Source of the DNA: Pontiella sp.
GTDB taxonomy: Bacteria; Verrucomicrobiota; Kiritimatiellia; Kiritimatiellales; Pontiellaceae
DNA length: 64,000 nucleotides
Direction: 5' to 3'
NCBI GenBank assembly: GCA_050290185.1
Contig: JBNKHE010000009.1
Coordinates: 64,001-128,000 of the forward strand
The position numbers and the translations under genes are program-made. Shown here piece after piece: positions 10,301 through 20,074 of the stretch. The notes beneath the pieces were generated by a model that was not told the DNA's origin, did no database searches, and was given only the letters and a program-made list of their open reading frames with translations. Positions within the stretch are counted from its first letter, which is position 1. The number at the start of each line of letters is the position of its first letter.

Positions 10301-10703
10301 AAGCGGGGACATCGGGGATGGCCTTCCAGAGGCCAAGGGCCTGACCCAGCGGAAAATCCTGCTGGTGACGGCCGACGTTATGACCGGCGAGATTCTTCAG
10401 GGGCTGGGATATGCGGTGACCCTGGTTGAAACCGCTCAGGCAGCCGAAGACGTCTTTGCCCGGAAGAACGGGGCGTTCGATCTGCTCTTTATGGATGTGA
10501 TGCTGCCCGACGGCAACGGGATTGATCTGGCCGACGCCTTGCTCGAACGAAGCCCTGGATTACCGGTACTGCTCTTCTGTGATTGTACCGATAAAGCAGT
10601 CAACAACGGGCGGATCACCACAAGTGGGTATCGCTACATAAAAAAGCCGTTCAGCCTGAATCATCTCATGGATGCTTTCGAGCAAGGCTTCAAGGCAGGA
10701 TAA
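7383..10703 (+). CDS. Cytoplasmic multi-PAS hybrid sensor histidine kinase with degenerate receiver
   Basis: Five PAS/PAC units ending DITERK, H-box GIGHEFNNIL, NLVANARDAM, DTGCG, GSGLGL, C-terminal REC; AAGGAG RBS. Confidence 0.92.
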   Translation: MGDKDQFSAELQELRERAEWRLTPNGKRDIERMSIEDIAKVLHELETRQIELALQNKELQRTHGQLIETSDQYTHLPEQKQAEKALRESKSFLRGLINAIPDPVLLKDPEGVFLACNSAFAHLYGVKETEVCGKTDYDFVDKDAADFFRANDRKAIAVGASINEEHLIFTDGSYEGDYEVLKSPMRDLEGNLIGVLGIARDITDRKRAEAMAQESESRLREAQRMAQLGSWKWDIKTGDVEWSDELFNIFHLDPKEFTPKIDSILALSPWPEDHERNNELIKRATENHEQGSYEQRFLLPDKSIGYYFSTFRGIYDDDGALVSMIGTAQDITERKRAEQALRESEERYRELFESSRDAIMTIAPPSWKFTSANASAVKMFRAQNEADLMTYGPLELSPEKQPDGRASSDMAPGILETAMREGSVFFEWNQRRIDGEEFSATVLLSRVGSGEGAFLQATVRDVTERKQAEAAVAQEQKRLKFIFEALPVGICLNRIHGDGSVFHLINEAHLQIAGIRREEDEPEIWRQITHPDDRDQRQFFLKQMDEGEISSFSMDKRYVHPDGRNIWVEFTAQRRKLDNGGYEDLCTVVDITERKRAEALVRASESRLRDAQRISHLGDWELDLETAMFTFSEEMNRLCERDPMAGPCPLAEAMELFFEQDAVAARQYMQRAVETGEGWEHEHRACLPSGREAWFRGTGKAVKDNSGKVVRLQGTSQDITERKEAEAERQRLERQLREGQRLASIGVLAGGIGHEFNNILQTITGYCEIMLMEIEAQSTHRQTILEIEAAASHAGELTRELLAFSRQGSLECEVVDLSGVLRDGESLLLQALDETTHLKLELDPQLKPVFADAAHIREVVMNLVANARDAMSDGGTVTLSTMNRTITEEDLPGLSNAKAGSFACFSVADTGCGMNREQLAHMFDPFYTTKPVGKGSGLGLATVYGIVQEHNGWVSVASEPGQGSVFTVFLPVLSGDIGDGLPEAKGLTQRKILLVTADVMTGEILQGLGYAVTLVETAQAAEDVFARKNGAFDLLFMDVMLPDGNGIDLADALLERSPGLPVLLFCDCTDKAVNNGRITTSGYRYIKKPFSLNHLMDAFEQGFKAG

Positions 10704-10752
10704 AACGAACTATTGAACGGTTAGAGCCACGGATGTTCTGTCAGAGCATGGA

Positions 10753-12048
10753 TTAAGTCGAAGCCGCTATGGTTTCCAAAACGAGCGGCGGTGCTTCTAC
10801 GGGCTGATCCACGATTTTAAAAGCGGTTTTCATTGCGTGCAACAGCTCGGTTTCATTTTCATGGCCGTTCGAGTGGATAAGGCAGAGCGGTTCTCCTGCT
10901 TCGACGGATTCGCCGATCTTTTTCAGGTCCGACAGGCCGACTGCGGGATCGATGGAATCGGTGATTTGAGCGCGTCCGGCGCCGAGCAGCAGGCAGGCAC
11001 GGCCGATGACCTCGGCGTCGGCCTTGGAGATAAAACCGGATTTCGGGGCGGGCAGGGGAGTTTGTTTTTCTGCCGGCGGGAGGTCGGTATCGGAATCGCC
11101 GCCATGGCAGGTGACCATTTGTTTGAATTTCTCCAATGCCGTTCCGTCTTCCAGATGTGTGGTTGGATCCGTGATCCCTCCTTCGAGGTCATGGACCTCG
11201 GCGACACCTAGCATCCGTTTTGCGAGTTCGATGGTGAGTCCCTGTGAATCGGCGGGTCCGTTACCTTTGAGAATATCCAGCGATTCGCGCACTTCGAGCG
11301 CGTTGCCGACGGCTCGTCCGAGCGGCTGGTTCATGTCGGTAATGAGTGCCACGACTTTTTTGCCCATGGCCGTGCCGGTGTCTATCAGCGCTCGGGCCAG
11401 TTTGCGCGCGTCGTTGATATTCTTCATGAAGGCGCCGGATCCGCATTTGACGTCGAGCACGAGCGCGTCGATGCCTTCGGCCAGCTTTTTTGACATGATG
11501 CTGGAGACGATCAGCGGGATGGAGGGGACGGTGGCGGTGACGTCGCGCAGGGCGTAGAGCTTTTTATCGGCGGGGGCGATTTCGGCGGTTTGGCCGATCA
11601 TGGAACAACCACAGGTTTCCAATGTTTTAAAAAATTCGGATTCGGAGAGTCCGGTGCGGTAGCCGGGGATTGCTTCAAGCTTGTCGAGCGTGCCGCCGGT
11701 GATGCCAAGGCCGCGGCCGGAAATCATCGGAACAACAGCGCCGCAGGCGGCGACGAGCGGGGCCAGAGGGATGGATATCTTGTCGCCGATACCGCCGGTG
11801 GAATGTTTGTCGACCTTGGCACCCGGAATGCTACTAGGATTAATGACTTTGCCGGATTCCATCATAGCCAGGGTGAGATCGGCGGTTTCACGGGCGGTCA
11901 TGCCCTTGAAATAGATGGCCATGGCAAGGGCCGCCATCTGGTAGTCGGGAATGGCCCCGGTGGTATAGCCGGCGATAAAGGCGCGGATTTCTTCGGGGGC
12001 AAGTTCAGCGCCGTCGCGTTTTTTCTCGATGATCCATTGGGGAAGCAT
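10753..12048 (-). CDS. pdp: Pyrimidine-nucleoside/thymidine phosphorylase
   Basis: KKRDG, DKHSTGGIGDK, SGRGLG.TGGT.DKLE, APADKKLYALRDVTATV, SIMSKK. Confidence 0.95.
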   Translation of the reverse strand: MLPQWIIEKKRDGAELAPEEIRAFIAGYTTGAIPDYQMAALAMAIYFKGMTARETADLTLAMMESGKVINPSSIPGAKVDKHSTGGIGDKISIPLAPLVAACGAVVPMISGRGLGITGGTLDKLEAIPGYRTGLSESEFFKTLETCGCSMIGQTAEIAPADKKLYALRDVTATVPSIPLIVSSIMSKKLAEGIDALVLDVKCGSGAFMKNINDARKLARALIDTGTAMGKKVVALITDMNQPLGRAVGNALEVRESLDILKGNGPADSQGLTIELAKRMLGVAEVHDLEGGITDPTTHLEDGTALEKFKQMVTCHGGDSDTDLPPAEKQTPLPAPKSGFISKADAEVIGRACLLLGAGRAQITDSIDPAVGLSDLKKIGESVEAGEPLCLIHSNGHENETELLHAMKTAFKIVDQPVEAPPLVLETIAAST

Positions 12049-12176
12049 GGCGGCAAGATACGCGGGACGACGGATTTATGGCAATGTCAAAAGCCAATGT
12101 TGAATTTTGGACGGGTTCCTGATATATCTGTGTCGTTTATGTCGGGATCGGAAAAACATACGCAGGTTTTTGCTTT

Positions 12177-15100
12177 ATGAAGAAAATGTCGTTCAGGCTC
12201 TTTGGTCTTCCGGCCGCGGGAACCCTTGCCCTAGGGTATCTGATCATAGGTATAATCTGGATTTCCTGGTCCGACAAGGCTCTCCGCGGTTTGGTGCCCG
12301 ATCCCTATCTGCAGGATGTTTTCCAGACGTATAAGGGGTGGTTCTATGTTTTTGCCACAGCTCTGCTTCTCTATGTTGCCTTGAAGCGTGTTTTTGGTCG
12401 TGTTCGTAAGGCCCAGGAGCAAAAGGCGGAGAGCGAAGAGCGTTTCCGCATACTGTTTGAACAAGCTGAAGACGGGATAATGTTGATCGGACTTAATGCC
12501 TGTATCATCGACTGCAATCCGGCCATCTGCCGGATATTCGGAGTCGCTTCCAAAGCGGATGTGATCGGCCGTTCCGTATTGGATTTTTCTCCTGAGCGAC
12601 AGAAAGGTGGTCGCCTTTCGGTGGATATTGTTGCGGAACTGACCGACGCGTTTGGGGCGGGGAAGCCGCAGCGGTTCTATTGGCAGCATGTTCAACCTTC
12701 CGGAGCCGCGGTTGATGTAGAGGTATCTGTTAGCGTGATGAAGATGGGCGGGGGAACCCAGCTTCAAGCCATTGTCAGGGATATTACCGAACTTACGCAG
12801 GCTCAGGATGAGGTGGCCCGGGAACGGCATAGGCTTAAGTTCATTTTCGACTCTTTGCCTATCGGCATCTGTTTGAACCGGATGCATCCCGACGGGAGGG
12901 AAACCCGCCTGATCAACGATGCCCACCTGCGCATGGCCGGTATTCACCGCGAGCAGGACGAGCCAACGACCTGGTTCAATATCAGCCATCCCGACGACCG
13001 CAGTCGGCATCGGGCTCTTACCGAACAGATCGAAAAGGGGGAGATCAACCGGTTCACGATGGATAAACGCTATGTCCGGACGGACGGACAAATTGTTTGG
13101 GTCATGTTTTGCCTGCAACGGCGGAAAATGGATGATGGCGGTTTCGAGGATTTGACCGCCGTAGTGGACATTACCGAGCGTAAGCATACGGAAAAATTAT
13201 TGTTCAGGCGGGAGCAGGAGTTCCGCGCCCTGGTGGAAAACTCGCAGTATCTTATTGCCCGCTATAATCGAGACTGCCAGCGCATTTACGTCAACCCCGC
13301 GTATTTGGAAATGGCCCAGATGCCCCGGGATCAATGGATTGGCACCGCTCCCGAATTCCGTTCGCCGCTGTCGCCGGCCGATGCGGCGGTGCTTCAGGGG
13401 ATATTACACCGGGTACTGGATGGCGGGGCTCCGGAATCCGTTGACCTTCCCGTAACGAAGGGGGATAACTCGAAGTGCTGGTACCATATTCATGTCGTTC
13501 CAGAGCATGGTCCGGAAGGCGGAGTGGAGAGTGCTCTGCTGACGGCCCACGACATTACCGAGCGCAAGCGGGCCGAAGAAAGGCTGATGGAGAGTGAGGC
13601 GCGCTTCCGCGGTCTGGTGACTCAGGCCGGAGATGCATTCTTCCTGCATGACCGCAAAGGTCGGATTCTAGACGTGAACCCGAACGCCTGCAGTAGTCTG
13701 GGCTACACGCGTGAAGAACTGCTCTCTATGACCGTGTCAGATATCGATGTGATGGTGGGGGTCAACCGGAGCAAGGAGCAGATCTGGGATGCGCTCCAAC
13801 CTGGGAAACCCGTCACGTTCGAGGGGCTGCATTGCCGCAAGGACGGTTCCACGTTTCCGGTCGAGGTGCGTCTGGGCATGCTGGAGTTGGGTAATGATAA
13901 GTGTCTGTTGGGATTGGCTCGCGATATCACGGACCGGAAGCAGGCGGAAGAATCTATACATAAGGCGGCCCTTCGACTTAACGAAGCGCAACGTATCGCC
14001 CATGTCGGCAATTGGGAGCTGGATCTGGCGAACAATGTTCTTACATGGTCCGACGAGATTTTCCGGATTTTCGAGATTGATTCAGACCGGTTTAGTGCTA
14101 CGTACGAAGCGTTTCTCAACGCCATACATCCGGATGACCGGGAGGCCGTAAGAATGGCCTACGAAAACTCGCTCCAAACCAAAGCTCCGTACTCGATTGA
14201 GCACCGCCTTTTATTCTCTGACGGGCGAATTAAATATGTATGTGAGCAGTGTGAAACGGTATATGAGGGAGATAAACCTATTCGTTCAATAGGAACCGTG
14301 CAGGACATTACAGAACGCAAGTTAACTGAGAAGGAAATAAAGCAGGTTCAGGAGGATCTGCAATATATCCTCAACAACACCCACGACGTCATTTTCCAGA
14401 TCGACCTGAAGGGGAACTACATCTTTAGCAACGTTGCCGCAGAGCATATGACCGGGTATCCATTGGAGCGATTGCTGGGCATGAACATGATGGAGTTGAT
14501 CGCGCCGGAGCACCAGCAGATGGTGGCGGGGCGCCTTCAGAAACGCATCGCCGGCGAACTGGATGAAACCACATACAGTTTCGAGATTATCCATAAGAGC
14601 GGGCGTCGCGTCTGGGTCGAGTTGGAAACCAAGGGGGTGTTCAGTGCGGAAGGAACGCTTCAGGCGATCCAAGGGGTTGCACGCGATGTTACCGAGCGAA
14701 AGCGCATGGAGGATGCGCTCGAAAAGCGGATTGTCGCCCTCACTCGGCCGTTTGACCAAGTGGACGACCTTGTGTTCGAGGACCTGTTCGATGTCGAGGA
14801 GATCCAGCGCATTCAGGACCAGTTTGCCGCAGCCACCAACGTGGCTTCGGGCATCATCCGCCCGGACGGGAGCCCCATTACGAAGCCTACCAATTTTACG
14901 CGCCTGTGCGGGGATGTCGTCCGCAAGACGGAGGCGGGTTGCGCAAACTGCCGAAAGTCCGATCTTTTCCTAGGCCGCTACCACCCCGAAGGTCCGGTTG
15001 TTCAGCCGTGTCTCAGCGGCGGTCTTTGGGATGCCGGCGTTAGTATTGTCGTGGGCGGAAAACATGTCGCCAGCTGGTTGATCGGCCAGGTCCGCGACGA

Positions 15101-16850
15101 GACCCAGACCGAGGAAAACATGCGCGCCTATGCGCGTGATATCGGCGTCGACGAAAAGGAGTTCATGGAGGCGTTCGAAGAGGTTCCCCAGATGTCGCGC
15201 GAGCATTTCGAACAGATTTCCGAGGCGTTGCACTCACTCGTAAAGCAACTTTCTACCACCGCATACATGAATATGCAGCAGGCACGTTTCATCGCGGACG
15301 AAAAGAAGCGCACCGACGAGCTCCTTCATCTTTCCACTGCCATCAACCAGTCGGCCGAGACCGTGGTCATTTCCGATGCGAAGGGAATTATCCAGTACGT
15401 CAATCCTGCCTTTGAGAAGACGTCGGGATACACTCGGGATGAGGTGGTTGGCCAGAATCCCCGTATCCTCAAAAGCGAGATCCATAGCGAAGCGTTCTTC
15501 AAGGATATGTGGGGAACCATCTTGGCGGGGCAACCCTGGAATGGGCAGATACACAACCAGCGCAAGGAGGGTTCGCCGTATGTTGTGGACGCAACGATTT
15601 CCCCGATTCTCAGCCAGACCGGTGAAGTAGTCAACTTTGTAGGGGTGATGCGCGATATTACCAAAGAGCTGAGCCTGGAAGAGCAGTTCCGCCATTCCCA
15701 GAAAATGGAAGCCGTCGGTCGTTTGGCCAGCGGGGTGGCGCACGACTTCAACAATATCCTGCAGACTATTCTGGGCTTTTGCGGGGTCCTCCTCTTGGAA
15801 AGCGCTGGGCAGGATGCGCTCCAGCAGGATGTGCTGGAAATTCAAAATGCCGCCAAGCGGGCTGGTGGCCTGACCCGCCAGTTGCTCGCCTTTGGCCGAA
15901 GGCAACCCTTCATGAAGGAGCAGATTGATCTCAATCTGGTTCTTGCTGAGCAGACCAATATGCTGTGCCGCCTGTTGGGTGAAAATTTAAGTCTGGACTT
16001 TGATCCCTCAGAAAAACTCGGATGCGTTAAGGCGGATCGTTCGCAACTGGAGCAGGTCATCATGAATCTGGTGGTGAATGCGCGCGATGCGATGCCCCAT
16101 GGGGGAGCGATCAAAATATGTACAGATAACGTTATCTTCAATGAAGATGAGATCATGATCCAGACTAGCAACAGGGAGTTCGTCTGCCTGTCTGTGACGG
16201 ATACAGGTATGGGGATGAATGAAGAAGTTCTTGATCATATATTTGAACCCTTTTTCACCACCAAGCCCGTTGGGGAGGGCACCGGACTCGGGCTCTCCGT
16301 GATTTATGGCATCGTTGATCAGCATGGAGGATGGATTGAGGTCAAAAGCAAGCCGGGAGAGGGGACGACGTTCAAGGTTTACCTGCCGAGATCTATCGGC
16401 GAGAAGGGGCACGTCCAGCCAACCGACGATCAGTCATACATCTTATCCCAATCCTATGGGAATAGGCAGAAATCAATTTTGCTGGTGGAAGATGATCCTC
16501 AGGTCCGCAGGTTGGCCTCGTTGGTGTTGGCCGAAGCAGGATACGCGGTCAAAGATGCAGATAGCGCAGAAGCGGCAGCAGTTGCTTTTGAAAAAGATGG
16601 CGGCCGTTTCGACCTACTCTTGATAGACGCGGTTTTACCGGACCTGGCCGGTACCGACCTGGCCGATGAGTTGAACAGCCAAAAGGCCGGAATCCCCGTG
16701 ATCATTTTTAGCGGGTATGCCGATGAGCGCATCCGGATGGGCCTCATAGAGGAAAGGGGCTATAATTTCCTGAGAAAACCCTTCAGCACGGAATCCCTTC
16801 TGAATATAGTTCAGTCAGTACTGAGTCGAAGGGCAATAAGATATCGTTGA
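12177..16850 (+). CDS. Membrane-anchored multi-PAS/PocR hybrid sensor histidine kinase
   Basis: Two N-terminal TMs (WISWSD...QTYKGWFYV), about 7 PAS units, PocR-like domain (FTRLC...C..SD...GLWDAGVSI...WLIGQV), AHDFNN, HATPase, intact REC (LLVEDD...D...SGY...KPF). Confidence 0.92.
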   Translation: MKKMSFRLFGLPAAGTLALGYLIIGIIWISWSDKALRGLVPDPYLQDVFQTYKGWFYVFATALLLYVALKRVFGRVRKAQEQKAESEERFRILFEQAEDGIMLIGLNACIIDCNPAICRIFGVASKADVIGRSVLDFSPERQKGGRLSVDIVAELTDAFGAGKPQRFYWQHVQPSGAAVDVEVSVSVMKMGGGTQLQAIVRDITELTQAQDEVARERHRLKFIFDSLPIGICLNRMHPDGRETRLINDAHLRMAGIHREQDEPTTWFNISHPDDRSRHRALTEQIEKGEINRFTMDKRYVRTDGQIVWVMFCLQRRKMDDGGFEDLTAVVDITERKHTEKLLFRREQEFRALVENSQYLIARYNRDCQRIYVNPAYLEMAQMPRDQWIGTAPEFRSPLSPADAAVLQGILHRVLDGGAPESVDLPVTKGDNSKCWYHIHVVPEHGPEGGVESALLTAHDITERKRAEERLMESEARFRGLVTQAGDAFFLHDRKGRILDVNPNACSSLGYTREELLSMTVSDIDVMVGVNRSKEQIWDALQPGKPVTFEGLHCRKDGSTFPVEVRLGMLELGNDKCLLGLARDITDRKQAEESIHKAALRLNEAQRIAHVGNWELDLANNVLTWSDEIFRIFEIDSDRFSATYEAFLNAIHPDDREAVRMAYENSLQTKAPYSIEHRLLFSDGRIKYVCEQCETVYEGDKPIRSIGTVQDITERKLTEKEIKQVQEDLQYILNNTHDVIFQIDLKGNYIFSNVAAEHMTGYPLERLLGMNMMELIAPEHQQMVAGRLQKRIAGELDETTYSFEIIHKSGRRVWVELETKGVFSAEGTLQAIQGVARDVTERKRMEDALEKRIVALTRPFDQVDDLVFEDLFDVEEIQRIQDQFAAATNVASGIIRPDGSPITKPTNFTRLCGDVVRKTEAGCANCRKSDLFLGRYHPEGPVVQPCLSGGLWDAGVSIVVGGKHVASWLIGQVRDETQTEENMRAYARDIGVDEKEFMEAFEEVPQMSREHFEQISEALHSLVKQLSTTAYMNMQQARFIADEKKRTDELLHLSTAINQSAETVVISDAKGIIQYVNPAFEKTSGYTRDEVVGQNPRILKSEIHSEAFFKDMWGTILAGQPWNGQIHNQRKEGSPYVVDATISPILSQTGEVVNFVGVMRDITKELSLEEQFRHSQKMEAVGRLASGVAHDFNNILQTILGFCGVLLLESAGQDALQQDVLEIQNAAKRAGGLTRQLLAFGRRQPFMKEQIDLNLVLAEQTNMLCRLLGENLSLDFDPSEKLGCVKADRSQLEQVIMNLVVNARDAMPHGGAIKICTDNVIFNEDEIMIQTSNREFVCLSVTDTGMGMNEEVLDHIFEPFFTTKPVGEGTGLGLSVIYGIVDQHGGWIEVKSKPGEGTTFKVYLPRSIGEKGHVQPTDDQSYILSQSYGNRQKSILLVEDDPQVRRLASLVLAEAGYAVKDADSAEAAAVAFEKDGGRFDLLLIDAVLPDLAGTDLADELNSQKAGIPVIIFSGYADERIRMGLIEERGYNFLRKPFSTESLLNIVQSVLSRRAIRYR

Positions 16851-16880
16851 TTATATGAACAATCGAATTTGGGAGCTATC

Positions 16881-17249
16881 ATGGCACGTATTTTACTGAT
16901 TGATGATGACCCGTCCATACGGGCGATATTTAAACGCTATCTCGAAGCGCATGGCTATGAGGTCGATGAAGCGGCTGATGGGAATGCGGGGTTGTCGAGC
17001 ATAGCGGGCTGTGCGCCTGACCTGGTTGTCACCGATGTCATGATGCCGGAAAAAGATGGTTTGGAAGTGGTGATGGAATTGCGGAAAAGCAATCCCGATT
17101 TGCCGGTCATTGCCATATCCGGCGGAATGCGGATTGCTCCCATGGATTTTCTTCCGACCATCAAAAAGTTCGGTGCCTGCAAAGTCTTCTACAAGCCGGT
17201 TGAGCTTGAAGAATTGCTGGGTGCTATATCCGAACAGCTGGCAACATAA
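16881..17249 (+). CDS. Single-domain response regulator (CheY-like)
   Basis: ILLIDDD, VTDVMMPEKDG, ISGG, KPV. Confidence 0.92.
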   Translation: MARILLIDDDPSIRAIFKRYLEAHGYEVDEAADGNAGLSSIAGCAPDLVVTDVMMPEKDGLEVVMELRKSNPDLPVIAISGGMRIAPMDFLPTIKKFGACKVFYKPVELEELLGAISEQLAT

Positions 17250-17267
17250 TGCAATACGTCCTGCTGT

Positions 17268-18746
17268 CTACTGCAGGCGGGCCACTACGCCTTGTTCGCC
17301 GAACATGAATGAAACCTTGATAAAGGCGATCTTCCGGCCGATTTTTTCGCTCTCCGCCTTTCGCGCGGCTTCGACGGCTTCTTCCTTCAATGCCATGTCG
17401 CCTCCACAGGTCTTGATCGCGGCTTCTACTGAGCGGAAGCGGGTCGTCTTGATGATTTCGGCCATTTCAAAGAGGCCCATCAACAGATTGGCGCCATAGC
17501 CGCGGCCGATCGCATCATAGCCCGGCCGGCCGAAGCCGTGGTCCGAGGCCGGCGCATGGTCGGGGCGGAAAACGCCTTGCCAGCCGAGGTCGACGAGAGT
17601 GTGCACGACCTTGGCGAGCTCCTCGCGATGTTCAGCGTGGTGGCCTTCCCGGAAATTCTTTCCGTCGGTTTCGATCGGACGCAGGTGGATGTGCGGGAAT
17701 ATTTCCTCAATAGACATCCCCTTCATGCTGCCGTATTCAGCAATTTCTCGGATAACTGTGGTGATATCGCGGTTTTTCTCCGCGGCCATCAGCGAGCCGA
17801 TGCACATGTTCACGCCGCAACCATGATCGAGCAAAAACTTATAGCCCTGGCTGCCTCCCACGGCGCGTGGCGTGCCTAGGAAGGGAGAGAAGGCCGGGTC
17901 GTCCGCATGGCAGCACAGGCGCACGCCGGCGGCGTTGGCCACCGGGACCACGGCATCGAGGAAGTAGGCGATGTGCTCCTGCAGCTCTTCACGCGACATC
18001 CCTTCATATTTGGAAACGGCGGCCCGGAAATCATCGAGGGTGAAACCTTCCTGAGCGCCCGGAAGGCCGGCCGTGATCATATCAATCAGTTGCTGCTGCC
18101 GTTCCGTGTTGCCGGCCAGATAGCGATCCCAGTATTGCCGGGCGTCCTCAATCTCTTCGGCGGAGAAGGATCCGTCATCGATATAGGACTGTTCATTGTC
18201 GTGGCGCTTAAGGAGGAAAATATCAAAGGCGGCGAAGGCGGCATGGATATATTTCAGGGTCTTGGAGCCGTCCGGCAGCGAGGTGATGCTGGTGCGCGTC
18301 CAGTCAGCCACCAGCATGAAATTGCCCACAACCTTGTTCACCCCGAAGCGGCCCAGATTCTGCAGGCTTTGCTTGTAGTTGTTGATGTGCTGTTCGCGGT
18401 TGGGGCTGCCGTTCTTGATATCTTCGGTGAAGACCAAACTCTCGGCCGTATCCCAAACCAGCCCCGTGCGTTGTCCGTATGTGCTGTACCACTTGTATAA
18501 ATCCATTCCCGTCAAGTCGGCCGGTGCATCGGACTGGGGCAGGAACTCGACCTCGATTTTGCGCCGGGCAATCTCGACTTCCGTCCAGACTTCGCCGGCA
18601 GGAATGTGGTGAAGAGCCGAAATAATGTTTGTAATGCCCGGTGTCTGTTGAATGTTGCGGATTGTGATCGTATCTTCCGGCCCAAACCAGCGCATTCCGG
18701 CACGTACCCGTTCCCGATTCCAGTTCTGGTTGAAAATTTCGCTCAT
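17268..18746 (-). CDS. uxuA: Mannonate dehydratase, divergent long form
   Basis: MRWFGPED, ALHHIPAGEVW, EDIK.G...R, DWTRT, H.DDP, C.GS, RPDH, PGY...GR. Confidence 0.8.
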   Translation of the reverse strand: MSEIFNQNWNRERVRAGMRWFGPEDTITIRNIQQTPGITNIISALHHIPAGEVWTEVEIARRKIEVEFLPQSDAPADLTGMDLYKWYSTYGQRTGLVWDTAESLVFTEDIKNGSPNREQHINNYKQSLQNLGRFGVNKVVGNFMLVADWTRTSITSLPDGSKTLKYIHAAFAAFDIFLLKRHDNEQSYIDDGSFSAEEIEDARQYWDRYLAGNTERQQQLIDMITAGLPGAQEGFTLDDFRAAVSKYEGMSREELQEHIAYFLDAVVPVANAAGVRLCCHADDPAFSPFLGTPRAVGGSQGYKFLLDHGCGVNMCIGSLMAAEKNRDITTVIREIAEYGSMKGMSIEEIFPHIHLRPIETDGKNFREGHHAEHREELAKVVHTLVDLGWQGVFRPDHAPASDHGFGRPGYDAIGRGYGANLLMGLFEMAEIIKTTRFRSVEAAIKTCGGDMALKEEAVEAARKAESEKIGRKIAFIKVSFMFGEQGVVARLQ

Positions 18747-18954
18747 ATCACTCCCCCCGGTTGGTTAAAGCGCTGAAATATGGCGAGCTCGCGTTATATA
18801 ATCAATAAATTACTTGATTGGTATTCGAATAAAGTTCAGTTTTCAAACCATTGAGCCGGCGTTGCTTGCCCTCGTGGCCCGCTAGGTTGTAGGAATTGAA
18901 TTTAGTGTGCCCTTTTACATTGAACCCACGATTTTAGGTAAGGATAATCCCATT

Positions 18955-20034
18955 GTGCAAAATGAAACGGCAGTAGAAAAAAAGTATTCTTTGATTGTTC
19001 CCACCAGCATGGGGATTCGGTTGACTCCTGCTGATTCGCAACCGTTCCATTGCAGTGATATGTTCAAGATGCAGGCCACGAGCGCGGAAAGCAACGTAGC
19101 CAGTGTGGCCTCGTATCTGGGAATGCCGGTGAAGGTGCTGACGGCCTTTGTCAAGGGAAGCCCTGTGTCGCACTTTATCAAGGATAATCTCGGAAGCCGC
19201 CGCATGGATTTCGAGGGCCCCGAGTTTGAACAGGGCGACCCGTGGGGCTACCGTCACCAGATCAACATGGCCGACAGCGGCTGGGGTTCGCGTGGTCCGC
19301 GGGTGCAGAACGACCGGGCCGGTGAAGTCGGTCGCGAACTCTGTGTAGAGGATTTTGACCTGGATCGTATCTTTGGACAGGAAGGGGCAACGATCGTGCA
19401 TCTTTCAGGACTGATTGCTGCGCTGTCACCCAAGACCAGCCAATTCTGTCTGGATATCGCGCGCATCGCCAAGGAAAATGGATCGCTTATCTCCTTCGAT
19501 CTCAACCACCGGGCCAGTTTCTGGAAGGGCCGCGAAGAAGAACTTAGCCAAGCGTTTTCCGAAATCGCTTCGCGTAGCGATATCCTGATCGGCAACGAGG
19601 AAGACTTCCAGCTTTGCCTTGGTATCAAGGGACCGGAGGCCGGCGGCAAGGGACTCGATGAAAAGATCGACGGCTTCAAACAAATGATCGGCCGGGTCCA
19701 GACCGCTTATCCCAATGCCCGCTATTTTGCAACCACGCTCCGGGAAGTGGTTTCTGCCAATACCCATCTGTGGGGTGCACTGGTCACGGATGGCAAGGAA
19801 TGGGAGGTCATCCATCCACGTGAAATAGGGGTCTTTGACCGTATCGGTGGTGGCGATGGCTTTGTGGGCGGACTGCTTTATGGGATACTCAGGAATTGGG
19901 ATGTAAAAAGATGCGCACGCTTCGGCTGGGCCAGCGGAGCGCTTGCGGCGACGATGCTGACCGATTATGCCCAGCCGGTGGACGAAGACCAAGTCTGGAG
20001 CATATGGGAAGGCAACGCACGGGTTAAGCGTTAA
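18955..20034 (+). CDS. PfkB family sugar-acid kinase (KdgK-like)
   Basis: SAESNVA, SFDLNHR, GNEED, DRIGGGDGF; start uncertain (GTG 18955 with AAGGA RBS, or GTG 18907). Confidence 0.85.
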   Translation: MQNETAVEKKYSLIVPTSMGIRLTPADSQPFHCSDMFKMQATSAESNVASVASYLGMPVKVLTAFVKGSPVSHFIKDNLGSRRMDFEGPEFEQGDPWGYRHQINMADSGWGSRGPRVQNDRAGEVGRELCVEDFDLDRIFGQEGATIVHLSGLIAALSPKTSQFCLDIARIAKENGSLISFDLNHRASFWKGREEELSQAFSEIASRSDILIGNEEDFQLCLGIKGPEAGGKGLDEKIDGFKQMIGRVQTAYPNARYFATTLREVVSANTHLWGALVTDGKEWEVIHPREIGVFDRIGGGDGFVGGLLYGILRNWDVKRCARFGWASGALAATMLTDYAQPVDEDQVWSIWEGNARVKR

Positions 20035-20074
20035 TCAACGAGTTGGATATTCAATACAAATATAGAGGTGAAAA

